From IMG/VR virus record IMGVR_UViG_3300024493_000235, positions 192,001-256,000 of that record: a stretch of 64,000 nt of DNA. One strand, 5' to 3'. Positions 8,846 through 18,243 of the stretch are shown here, in pieces (within the stretch, counting starts at the first letter, position 1; each line of letters starts with the position of its first letter). A program made the translations under genes and the position numbers. Origin of the DNA: a virus (taxonomy: Duplodnaviria > Caudoviricetes). Below the pieces are notes generated by a model. That model was not told the origin of the DNA. It worked only from the letters and a program-made list of their open reading frames with translations, and ran no database searches.

Positions 8846-11800
8846 ATGGCCAATAATTTACAAATTGTACCGCCTAAAAAAATAGCAAAACCTGACGGGG
8901 CTTCTACTTATCGAGAATTATCAGAAGTACAGGATGCATTTTTACACGGTGTGTCAAGAGATTATATCGAAAGAAATACCGAATTTATCAATAACGTTGT
9001 AGATAAAGTACAGCAAATAACCACCCAATTTAACAGAAACGTTGCAGCCAGTTCTCCTAAAATGCTCGTTGATGCAATAAAATCTAACGTCCTTGATAAT
9101 AATGCAAAAGCATCGAAGAATGATAATTCGAAACAAGGGTTTGTAACTGGTGTTAAAGGGTTAACCGATCTTTCAAAAGATATGGATCTTTTTAGGGAAT
9201 TATACCCGATTGCGACCCCGATGTTTGAATTGTTTTATGAATATCAAATGGTAGCTGGGATGATACCCGAGGCTTCAAAGTGTTTTGATATTCTTAAGAA
9301 TTCGGTTCTTTCCGCAGATAGTTTTTCAAAGCAATACCTTATCGCTCGCTATGATACTTTCAACGCAAGTCAGAAATCTACGACAGATGATATTACAGAA
9401 AATGATCAAAGACATGTACGTCTTATAAAGGATATCATTGAAGAATATGACCTTAATATTCTTTTTGACGGATATGTGACCGATGCCATGATGTATGGTG
9501 CTAAACCTGTAATGATAATTCCGATTGACGACACCTTCAGAAAATCCGCAGAACAAGTTTTACGAGCTGAAAGCGCTAACGAAGTTCGAGACATTATTCG
9601 CTCATCATATGATGCTGGTGTTAATGTGTCTATGGAAAATTATATCGAGTATGAATCAACAACTATAGACGGAAAAAAAGTGTATGAAGACACTCCGTTT
9701 GCTGATGAATTTTCCGATGCAATTGATAATCTCACTGCTGTATATGAAGATGCTCTCGATTTTGAAGAAGCGATGCTCAGAGATAATTCGAGTTTATCAA
9801 AGGAAGATACCGTAGCATGTGAAAATGCCATCAAAGCTCGAAAGGTACAATTAAAGCGTGTACGAGATAAAACAAAGCGAAAAGACATTTTGAAAGAGTT
9901 TGCAAGAGAGTGTAGCAAAATAGTCGATTCAAAAGTCAAATTTTCTCTTGCAACAGAATCTGTCACTCTTCGTACAGTAAGTAAAATTGCAGGACAATTG
10001 AAGACATACAGAAGAGCGCAACTGTACAATACTCGTGGAAGTAAGCCGCATAATGTTGTTACTACTGAGGGTGTGTCTTTTAAAGATATTTACTCCGATG
10101 AAGTTACACTCGAAAATGATATTGGACTTTTGTGTGATTTGATAAGCCAATCGAAATACGAAAAAGTTGAAACAACGGTACAGAAAAGAGATAATAACGG
10201 TGTAGTAACAGAGGTCGTTAAAGAATCCTGGAAAATGGTTACACCGGATATTTTTACCCTTGAATCAAAAAGATCTGGAACCTTTGGTACACCGCAGAGA
10301 AAAAGCAAACAAGAGGATTTGGAGGATCTCGATCCTGAATCTAAAACAACAGTTTCAAAGAAAACTACAGGGTCTGTCATAATACCTCTTCCTCCAGATA
10401 CGGTTGTTCCTATATCTGTACACGGAAAGCATATAGGATACTATGTAATAGAACGCCTTGGAAGTGATGATTTAGGATCCGGTGTTGCAACTTTATTAGG
10501 ATACAGACCTGCGAATTCATTATATTCAATCGGTATGGCAGGCCATATGTTTACAGGAAGCGGAGCTATGACAGGAACAGATGGCGCTGGTATCATTCTT
10601 CGTGACATGTCAGATCTTCCTATGGCAGTCCGTGATGATGGGCAAAGATTTGATTTACTTCGTTCAATGCTTGTACGCGCCATATCGGAACGTGTTGGAA
10701 ATCCTGATATCGTTGATGATTCCGCATTCAATTCCATCATATTCTCGCTTATCAAAAATAATTACATTACAAAACGTGAAGTGAGAATTACGTATGTTCC
10801 GGCACACATGATGGTTTATTTCTCTCATGAAATAGATTCTGATACAGGTATCGGAATTTCCGTATTCAAAAACGGTTTATTTTTTGCTCATATTTATATT
10901 GCGTCTCTTATAACGAATCTTATGATAGCAATATCAAAGTCGGCAGACAGAGAGCAAGTAAATGTCGAAATAGGATCCCATGGAAGAATTGAAGCTACAG
11001 TGCAAAAAGTGATGAGATCCCTTCAAACAAAACGAGCTTCTATAGATAGTATCGGAAATATCGATACTATTATGAAAAGCTTAGGTACTTTCCAAAGGTA
11101 TATATCTTTACGTCATAACGGAAATCCTTTAGTGGAATTGGAAACAATACCAGGACAGGATATAAGCCTTGAAAACACCCTTATGGAAAAAGCGTTACAA
11201 TCCTTTATAAACTCGTTTTATGTGCCAGCATCTTCGATTAATCAGCTTAATGAACAAGAGTATGCTCGTAGTATTACGTTACAAAACGCGCTCTTTTTGG
11301 ATAAGATTGTAGTATTACAACAGATGTATCAGGAATGTATGACAAAATTTACTCGCATTCTTATTCGTAACAAACATCCAGAGAAGATTTACAACGAAGC
11401 CAACATTAAGAACTTTGATGTCGATAAGGATCCGAACACACGAAATGCTGATGATGACATGACCGAACTTATTGATATCAACAAAATATTTACAGATCTT
11501 CCGTCTCCTGAAGGTCTTAACATTTCGGCATTTAACGATCAAATCGGAAATGTTTCTTCATTCGTAGATTCTCTTATTGATATTCTTCTTCCTCTTGGTA
11601 TCAAAGAAGAACTTGTCGATCCTGTTAAGATGCTCATCAAGAAAAAGATGTTTAAACGCTATATGCCTAATCTTCCAATGGACGAATTTGATGATTTTGC
11701 TTTGGAATCTGTTACTGAAGCAAAGAAATCAAAAATGGCACATCCCGAAACTCCGGAGGAGCAACAATTTGCAAGTAGCTCTGGCAGTGGTATCGGTGGA

Positions 11801-11920
11801 GGAGGTTCAATGGGTGGATTTGGCGGAGACATGGGTGGAATGGGTGATCTTGGTGGCGATATGGGAATGGGAGATCTTGAAGAACCCGGAGCAGAACAAA
11901 ATCCCACTGACCTTATGTAA
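8846..11920 (+). CDS. portal protein (phiKZ/AR9-like jumbo phage type)
   Basis: 1024 aa; PEASKCFDILKNSVLSAD, DAMMYGA.PV, VVPI..HG..IGYY, ITYVPA.MM.YF, GISV; acidic Gly-rich C-terminal tail; late promoter. Confidence 0.75.
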   Translation: MANNLQIVPPKKIAKPDGASTYRELSEVQDAFLHGVSRDYIERNTEFINNVVDKVQQITTQFNRNVAASSPKMLVDAIKSNVLDNNAKASKNDNSKQGFVTGVKGLTDLSKDMDLFRELYPIATPMFELFYEYQMVAGMIPEASKCFDILKNSVLSADSFSKQYLIARYDTFNASQKSTTDDITENDQRHVRLIKDIIEEYDLNILFDGYVTDAMMYGAKPVMIIPIDDTFRKSAEQVLRAESANEVRDIIRSSYDAGVNVSMENYIEYESTTIDGKKVYEDTPFADEFSDAIDNLTAVYEDALDFEEAMLRDNSSLSKEDTVACENAIKARKVQLKRVRDKTKRKDILKEFARECSKIVDSKVKFSLATESVTLRTVSKIAGQLKTYRRAQLYNTRGSKPHNVVTTEGVSFKDIYSDEVTLENDIGLLCDLISQSKYEKVETTVQKRDNNGVVTEVVKESWKMVTPDIFTLESKRSGTFGTPQRKSKQEDLEDLDPESKTTVSKKTTGSVIIPLPPDTVVPISVHGKHIGYYVIERLGSDDLGSGVATLLGYRPANSLYSIGMAGHMFTGSGAMTGTDGAGIILRDMSDLPMAVRDDGQRFDLLRSMLVRAISERVGNPDIVDDSAFNSIIFSLIKNNYITKREVRITYVPAHMMVYFSHEIDSDTGIGISVFKNGLFFAHIYIASLITNLMIAISKSADREQVNVEIGSHGRIEATVQKVMRSLQTKRASIDSIGNIDTIMKSLGTFQRYISLRHNGNPLVELETIPGQDISLENTLMEKALQSFINSFYVPASSINQLNEQEYARSITLQNALFLDKIVVLQQMYQECMTKFTRILIRNKHPEKIYNEANIKNFDVDKDPNTRNADDDMTELIDINKIFTDLPSPEGLNISAFNDQIGNVSSFVDSLIDILLPLGIKEELVDPVKMLIKKKMFKRYMPNLPMDEFDDFALESVTEAKKSKMAHPETPEEQQFASSSGSGIGGGGSMGGFGGDMGGMGDLGGDMGMGDLEEPGAEQNPTDLM

Positions 11921-11944
11921 CTTTTTATTTGTACAAAAAATAAC

Positions 11945-11967
11945 TTCCGGGCCTTTATGGCCCGGAA
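11945..11967. terminator. bidirectional hairpin terminator
   Basis: ttccgggcc-tttat-ggcccggaa between convergent genes; 22 nt identical to the reverse complement of 12466-12487. Confidence 0.75.
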
Positions 11968-11972
11968 CGTTT

Positions 11973-12422
11973 TTACTTTATACTGCGATCTATTGAGTGA
12001 TCGACTTTCCACAGATAACGAACCAAAGTCCAATTGTATATAAAATTTCCTTCGTCATCTTCTACACGAGAATTTGCCCAATTGACAATATCCTCTCTGT
12101 ATTCATCGAGCTTTGATGTTTTGGGTTTTCTGTATTCCCAAACATCTTGGATTGTTTTTGGTCTTGGACCGGTGATGTTTACAAATCCGATAAGATAATT
12201 ATCGGCTGTAAGCACATGTGCGTGTGCAGGACTGTCGTGATCTGGTATATATCGTTTACCATCTCCTATTTTCCCATGATCGAGCGGATTTTCTTTGATG
12301 TAAATCCGGCATTTTAATTTTTGTCCTAAACTTCCTGGACTACAAACTGTAGCCATTTCTGTTGAGAATGCGTCGAATTTGTCGTTTAGTAGGTCATCTA
12401 ATTTAACTTCTGGAATATGCAT
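11973..12422 (-). CDS. DUF4160 (HicA-like/DhiT-like) domain protein
   Basis: YIKE...DHDSPAHAHV...IGFVNI...PKTIQDV...IVNWAN...NWTLVRYLW; early promoter at 12440-12449; GGAG SD. Confidence 0.6.
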   Translation of the reverse strand: MHIPEVKLDDLLNDKFDAFSTEMATVCSPGSLGQKLKCRIYIKENPLDHGKIGDGKRYIPDHDSPAHAHVLTADNYLIGFVNITGPRPKTIQDVWEYRKPKTSKLDEYREDIVNWANSRVEDDEGNFIYNWTLVRYLWKVDHSIDRSIK

Positions 12423-12494
12423 ATCTTCTCCATACTCATATGATATATAAATAAAAAAATTGTTATTCCGGGCCATAAAGGCCCGGATTTATAT

Positions 12495-12908
12495 TTAAGC
12501 AACATGCTTCTTTTCTTCAACAGAGTTATATTTAAACGCAATATTTATACAGATCTTCTTATTTAAGAGATCTATTCCTGCATACGACACGTATACGTCA
12601 CAATAGTGAAAAACGTTTTTCACAGCATCGCAGCGAGTATCAGGTAAATTGATAATAGCTTGAGCTATACTTTCAAACGGATAATCTGACCTCATAATTC
12701 GATCGTTTCCGAATAAAGTAATTAATGCTCCATCCCCATTGAGTTGTTTTGAAAGTTCAGGACATTTCCAATCGTCCAACACTTTACTGAAATCAATGGT
12801 GCAATAACAGGTATTTTTTCTGTCTACGATAGCACAATTTATGCTATCTATAACACCCTCAGAGAACAAGAAGTCTTGTATCTTTTCTTTTGTTAGCATG
12901 ATAGCCAC
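12495..12908 (-). CDS. hypothetical protein
   Basis: 137-aa ORF; early motif at 12958. Confidence 0.55.
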   Translation of the reverse strand: MAIMLTKEKIQDFLFSEGVIDSINCAIVDRKNTCYCTIDFSKVLDDWKCPELSKQLNGDGALITLFGNDRIMRSDYPFESIAQAIINLPDTRCDAVKNVFHYCDVYVSYAGIDLLNKKICINIAFKYNSVEEKKHVA

Positions 12909-13143
12909 CGTATTCCTTGTGTCATAAACCCTCCTTAAAATGTCATTTCATACATTAATTATATATAATTATTTAGGCTTTTAAGTGTATTTGTTTTCAT
13001 CATAAATCCTGCAATAACAAAGTCATAAATATGCAACACTTATGGGATATATGACCATTCGTTTGCAGAAATCCTGCAATATTACGAATGAATATATATC
13101 ATATGTGTAGAGTTTACCAATCTATTTTCTGAAGGAGAAAAGT

Positions 13144-13554
13144 ATGAGTGAAAAAGCGAGGGTCCTTCTCAATAAGGACCAGTTGGTCACCCAGATCAGC
13201 GAAGTTAGCGGGGAAACCAAGGCCGCTGTTGTGCGGGTAATGGATGCAATTCCTCAGGTAACGATCAATGCCGTCCTCAAGGATCCGCCAAAATTGGGTG
13301 AAGTTGTTTCCGTACCGCTTCCCGGAATTGGTACATTTGGTGCCAAGTTTGTCGCAAAGTCGGAAAGAATCAACAACATGTCGAAACAGAAGTACACGGT
13401 TCCCGCGCACATTGTTCCGACATTCAAGGTCACAAGGTCGATAAAGGTCGAACTGAACCCCACAATGGTCAAAACCGCCGCCAAAGCAGCCACAAAACCG
13501 GATGCCAAGGCAGGAACTCCGCCCGACGCGAAATCCGCCAAGAAAACAGCTTAA
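13144..13554 (+). CDS. hup: HU/IHF-family histone-like DNA-binding protein with Lys/Ala-rich tail
   Basis: LNKDQLV..IS, V.LPGIGTF, R.N...Q...VPA..VPTFK..S+K; AKAATKPDAK tail. Confidence 0.88.
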   Translation: MSEKARVLLNKDQLVTQISEVSGETKAAVVRVMDAIPQVTINAVLKDPPKLGEVVSVPLPGIGTFGAKFVAKSERINNMSKQKYTVPAHIVPTFKVTRSIKVELNPTMVKTAAKAATKPDAKAGTPPDAKSAKKTA

Positions 13555-13639
13555 CAGTGTTTAACTGAAAGCTCATGGTAAACTTTAGGATTGTTTAAGG
13601 GGCCGAAAGCTCGGCCCCTTTTTATAAAGGAAGTGTGAT

Positions 13640-14713
13640 ATGTTAAGTCATTCCGAAGCCATAAGAGCCATGAGAGCTGAACTTGATAAATTCAAGGTAT
13701 TAAAGCGATACCACGAAAAATCAGAAGATCATTGCAGGTGTCCTATATGCGGAGATTCGACAAAATCTCACAGAGTAGAACACTTATACATGAAACTCAA
13801 GAAAGACACTCATGACGATGCTGTTTACTTTTCATACCATTGTAAGTTGTGTGGTGCAAAAGCAAAGGTGTTTTCTGGAAAAGACATCAAAGCGTTTAAA
13901 ATTAGAAATAAAGACCTTATAGAGTACATAGATAATACGGTTAAAAATCGTGGAAACTATGTACTAAAAAGTTCATATAATTACATCGGTAGGTCGCTAC
14001 ACAAGATTCCTATCGATTGCGATGTAACAGAAAAAATCGCATATATGCAACGAAGACTTGGAGACTGCAGAGTTGTACGAAATCCTGAAAAATTCAAAAT
14101 TATCTACGATTTCGCATCATTCTTTAAAGAAAACTCGCTCCAAGTAAATACAGATTATGGAGAGATTTCTTATGTGAAGAAATTCCTTAGAGCTCTCCAT
14201 GATAACTGTATCGGCTTTTTATCTTTCGATAACACATCAATTAATTTTCGTGATATCTCAAAAAATAATGTCATGGGAAAAAGATATATCCAATACAGGC
14301 TATATCCTGAAGCTACTTTAACAGTTGATGGTGCGAGCGTTTCATCGTTTTATACGATCCCAGGAGAGTTAAACTCTATGGCTCCAACTCTTAGTGCTGT
14401 TTTAGCCGAAGGAACATTTGATATCTTAAGGATATACTCCGACTTCTATCCACAAGTGAAAAGAGACGATATTGTATTTGCATCAGTTGCAAATGCTCAT
14501 GGATATTCAACTTTTTTAAAGAAATTCCTCGAATACGGGATTATGTTTGATGATGTAACTATTTATTCAGACGATGATGTCCCTATAAAGAAATATAAAG
14601 AGTCTATAAGGCCCTTAATACCAGACGCAAAAATAACTATACATTATAATGCAGCTTCAAAGGATTATGGTGATAAACTTAAGCCTTTTGAAGACTCAAC
14701 TTTCGCTATATAG
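13640..14713 (+). CDS. DNA primase (Zn ribbon plus TOPRIM)
   Basis: CPICGDS...H...HCKLCG Zn-binding domain; AEGTFD and YSDDD TOPRIM motifs; C-terminal KDYG. Confidence 0.85.
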   Translation: MLSHSEAIRAMRAELDKFKVLKRYHEKSEDHCRCPICGDSTKSHRVEHLYMKLKKDTHDDAVYFSYHCKLCGAKAKVFSGKDIKAFKIRNKDLIEYIDNTVKNRGNYVLKSSYNYIGRSLHKIPIDCDVTEKIAYMQRRLGDCRVVRNPEKFKIIYDFASFFKENSLQVNTDYGEISYVKKFLRALHDNCIGFLSFDNTSINFRDISKNNVMGKRYIQYRLYPEATLTVDGASVSSFYTIPGELNSMAPTLSAVLAEGTFDILRIYSDFYPQVKRDDIVFASVANAHGYSTFLKKFLEYGIMFDDVTIYSDDDVPIKKYKESIRPLIPDAKITIHYNAASKDYGDKLKPFEDSTFAI

Positions 14714-14727
14714 GAGTATAATCCGCT

Positions 14728-16146
14728 ATGGAAGAAAAACTGCGCATAAAAAAGTTCGACCGTTTTCTTGACAATAATGAAATTGTCAAGTACGGGGATC
14801 AGTTAACTGTCTGTACATGTTATGACAGAACCAAAGGAGAGAAGCTGACTTCGGATATTATAACAGAATTCCTTGAAGAATTCGCGTATTCGAAGTATCA
14901 TGCCTCCCTTCAAATTGCATACGTAATCCCCAATCATTTTGATATCTCAGTCCCGATTACAATGAAAGAAAGGCTCGGCTGGTATTGTGAGCAAGACTCG
15001 TTAGGAAATCACTTCATCAAAGTACGATTCACCATGACAGATGAACAGCACCGCCAGCAAATTGAAACATTTAGAAATTTCGGTGTCGATCTTAACATCC
15101 TACAACTCGGAGATAATGACGTTCTTGATATCGGAGAAATAAATCCTGAATGTATCTTTAAGTTTACAATATCAAAGAACGCCATTTGGTGTATCAGGAG
15201 TGAACCGATAAAGATTTACAACGACGATGATAAAATTCCGCCTGAAGATGGGAACCTTATATCCCTTACTATGGAAAAATATCCGGATATTCAAAACCGT
15301 ACATTTTCTCCAAATCAGGCTGGAATGATTTGTCTTTCTATCGTCACAGGAATGACCATATTTTCCGAAGAACATCTTGCGAGAGCACAAATAAAAGAAG
15401 AAGTGATTGACGAAGGTCATGTCACAATTCTTACCGATGACGATTGCAAACTTCCCGATTTCTCTGTCGAGGAATTATACACCGATAATATCCCCGAAGA
15501 TCAAAAAGAAGAAAGGGAGCAGCGTCTAAAAGAAATACAAAAAGAGGTATCACTAGCACAGAGACGAAAAAGTACATGGGAGAAGATTTTCTCATGTCCA
15601 AATCCGTTTATTCAAGAAATGCTTAACACTTGGATTACAACTCTTGAAAAGCCTCAGAATGACAATCAGATGCAAGTGTACTTAAGGGACTTTGAGAAAT
15701 GGCTTATCGAGAAGAACTCACATGAAAAATTCATGAGCATTTTGAAAGCTGAAACAACCGATCAAAATCCCAACCTTGTTCAAAATATTGACTTTTCAAA
15801 TCTTGTCATAACAGATGAACACCGGGAAGTGTATAATAAAAAGATAATCCCCTTAACAAAAATCTTTTCGCAGAAGATGGCTGATATAGGAAAAGAAATG
15901 GGTATCGAAGCAAATTGTGCTCAAGTTCCTGTAGAATATAGCGAAAGAATACAGCAAATACCAGAGCTTATTGAATATGAAAGATTAGCTTGGTTTTTAG
16001 CTCTTAACATAGCTTTCGCTAACGGACTTTTGAAAAAGGCTGATGGCACATTATATGCGAAGGAAGAACTGGAAGGTAAATCTTTTGAGGAATTCCCGAT
16101 TTTGAAGCATATCATTATGAAACTAAGTGACATGATGGAGTGCTAA
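14728..16146 (+). CDS. hypothetical protein
   Basis: 472-aa ORF with AGGAG SD, downstream of primase. Confidence 0.7.
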   Translation: MEEKLRIKKFDRFLDNNEIVKYGDQLTVCTCYDRTKGEKLTSDIITEFLEEFAYSKYHASLQIAYVIPNHFDISVPITMKERLGWYCEQDSLGNHFIKVRFTMTDEQHRQQIETFRNFGVDLNILQLGDNDVLDIGEINPECIFKFTISKNAIWCIRSEPIKIYNDDDKIPPEDGNLISLTMEKYPDIQNRTFSPNQAGMICLSIVTGMTIFSEEHLARAQIKEEVIDEGHVTILTDDDCKLPDFSVEELYTDNIPEDQKEEREQRLKEIQKEVSLAQRRKSTWEKIFSCPNPFIQEMLNTWITTLEKPQNDNQMQVYLRDFEKWLIEKNSHEKFMSILKAETTDQNPNLVQNIDFSNLVITDEHREVYNKKIIPLTKIFSQKMADIGKEMGIEANCAQVPVEYSERIQQIPELIEYERLAWFLALNIAFANGLLKKADGTLYAKEELEGKSFEEFPILKHIIMKLSDMMEC

Positions 16147-16208
16147 CAAAACTATAGATTTTATAACCCTGCGTATGCAGGGTTTATTTTATGTAAAGGT
16201 GGTTTATT

Positions 16209-17423
16209 ATGTTTTTTAGACCAGAAAGTGACGGCATCGCTATTCAGAAGAAAATGGTGCTAGGTTTACAGCACACATTCACAATGTTCGGGGCTACGGT
16301 ATTGGTTCCAATACTTACCGGATTAAATGTATCTGTTGCGCTTTTTATGGCTGGGGTATGTACAATTCTGTTTCACCTTATTAATCAGGGTAAAGTACCG
16401 ATATTCCTCGGTTCCTCATTTGCGTATATTACTCCCATCATAACTGTCGGATCTTTATTCGGGTTGCAATACGCACAAGGTGGCGTAGTGATTTCAGGCC
16501 TTGTATACGCGTTATTGGCATTAATCATTAAAGCATTCGGTGTTGAGAAGGTATTAAAATTCTTTCCACCAATAGTTACAGGTCCCATAATTGTGATCAT
16601 AGGACTAACCCTTGCACCTGTTGCGGTATCCTCAGCATCGAATGATTGGTTACTCGCTGCAATTAGTTTTATAATCGTACTTGTAATTGCAATTCTTACA
16701 AGAGGATTTATTAAAATGATTCCTGTACTTTGTGGCCTTGTTGGAGGATACATTGTTGCAGTATTGATGGGTAAAGTCGATTTTACTGCAGTAGGAGAAG
16801 CTGCATGGATTGGAATACCAGCTTTTACAATTGCAAAATTTAATGCAAGTGCTGTACTACTTATAGTACCTGTAGCAATTGTAACCTTTGTTGAACACAT
16901 TGGCGATATAATTGCTATCGGGACAGTTTGCAATAAAAACTTTGCGGAGGATCCAGGACTTCATCGGACTTTATTAGGCGACGGATTAATGACTTCGTTA
17001 AGCTCGATGTTTGGTGGCCCGGCGAATACAACTTACTCGGAAAACACTGGAGTAATAGCTTTGACAAAGGTTTTTGATCCATTTGTTATGCAAATTGCGG
17101 CGTGTTTTGCTATATTAATCAGTATGTGTCCAAAATTTGCCGCCGTAATAGCTTCAATTCCTGGTGGTGTCATTGGAGGAATTTCGATTGTGCTATTTGG
17201 CATGATTTCTGCTACTGGTATTCGTAGTATCGTTGATAATAAGGTTGATTTTTCGGCTCCTCGAAATTTATTCATCGCCGCCACGATCCTTGTAATTGGT
17301 CTCGGTGGTACCGGTATTCAAATCAATAATTCTCTCTCGATATCTACAATGGCTCTTGCCGCTGTACTGGGGATTGTGTTAAATAAAGTACTTCCCCAAG
17401 TTAAGATTGACGAAAAAGGTTAA
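16209..17423 (+). CDS. uraA: uracil/xanthine permease (NCS2/NAT family, UraA/PyrP-like)
   Basis: GLQH..MFGATVLVP, P.FLGSSFAY, FPP.VTGP, EHIGD, PNTTYSEN.G signature; many transmembrane helices. Confidence 0.93.
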   Translation: MFFRPESDGIAIQKKMVLGLQHTFTMFGATVLVPILTGLNVSVALFMAGVCTILFHLINQGKVPIFLGSSFAYITPIITVGSLFGLQYAQGGVVISGLVYALLALIIKAFGVEKVLKFFPPIVTGPIIVIIGLTLAPVAVSSASNDWLLAAISFIIVLVIAILTRGFIKMIPVLCGLVGGYIVAVLMGKVDFTAVGEAAWIGIPAFTIAKFNASAVLLIVPVAIVTFVEHIGDIIAIGTVCNKNFAEDPGLHRTLLGDGLMTSLSSMFGGPANTTYSENTGVIALTKVFDPFVMQIAACFAILISMCPKFAAVIASIPGGVIGGISIVLFGMISATGIRSIVDNKVDFSAPRNLFIAATILVIGLGGTGIQINNSLSISTMALAAVLGIVLNKVLPQVKIDEKG

Positions 17424-17468
17424 TTAGTACCTCTGGCCCGATCGGGCCAGAGGTTATTTTTTTATTAT

Positions 17469-17607
17469 TTATATATCTATGATCCGAATCTAAAGGATAT
17501 ATAAATATACATAATCTATATAAGAAATAAGGAATTAAGATTATTAAGTTTGGAGTTGTTAACTCGTGCTTATAACAAATATTCCTTAAAGTATTAAAGG
17601 AAATGGT
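17469..17607 (+). promoter_or_regulatory. conserved 18-bp box plus early promoter plus structured 5' leader (copy 1)
   Basis: 17506-17601 aligns without gaps to 59425-59520 (77/96 identical), with compensatory changes in three stems. Confidence 0.8.
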
Positions 17608-18204
17608 ATGATTGAGAAAAAAGCTTTTTCTATCTTCAATATAATTGAGGGTACAGATCTTACACAAGGGTTTAACCAGCCGTATCTCTTGACATGCATC
17701 GCACAAGCTATCATCGGGCAATTTCACTTGAACCCGAATCTTGAAGGGTTTACAGTCGAATCTGTTACACACCCGTTTACAAAATACGAAAGCGGGTTTG
17801 TCCACAGAATTCACTATTACCAACTTGCAATAGTTCAAACACCTTTGGATTCTCTTGGCCATATGCCGGAAACATGGAAGCCTATTATTTACGATGTCGT
17901 GTTTTACAATATAGGACTTAAAGGAAAAGTCCTTGTGAAATTTACGGCAAATATTCCGGAATGCCATGAACGGTATTACAATATTCTCGCCGGTGATAGT
18001 TTTATGGCTATGGTCAGCGATATTCAGAGAGTTATAGGCGGTAAGGTGGTTCCGTTCTACAACAACTTTGCTATCCTCACAAAAGAAGAATTTGACAAAG
18101 CTTTCCGTGATATGACGATGGAAAGTTGCGGCAAAGAAGATGAATACATAAAATACCAGCAGCGATACCTGAATCAAGGGGTATATACTCACAGGATTCT
18201 GTAA
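17608..18204 (+). CDS. hypothetical protein downstream of the conserved structured leader
   Basis: AAAGGA SD; 198 aa; terminator 18210-18238. Confidence 0.65.
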   Translation: MIEKKAFSIFNIIEGTDLTQGFNQPYLLTCIAQAIIGQFHLNPNLEGFTVESVTHPFTKYESGFVHRIHYYQLAIVQTPLDSLGHMPETWKPIIYDVVFYNIGLKGKVLVKFTANIPECHERYYNILAGDSFMAMVSDIQRVIGGKVVPFYNNFAILTKEEFDKAFRDMTMESCGKEDEYIKYQQRYLNQGVYTHRIL

Positions 18205-18243
18205 ACAATCTCGGGGCCATATGGCCCCGAGTATTTTTCTTTG

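Noticed and set aside
11780-11875. Gly/Met-rich portal tail as a DNA repeat or misplaced GroEL tail
   Set aside because: Low-complexity coding sequence; acidic Gly-rich tails are common on such portals
14728-16146. Promoter-specificity subunit of the non-virion RNAP
   Set aside because: Only the size is suggestive; no motif support without a profile search
16385-18192. Long antisense ORFs (16385-16933, 17401-18192) and similar shadow ORFs elsewhere
   Set aside because: They lie opposite well-supported genes and lack SD or promoter support
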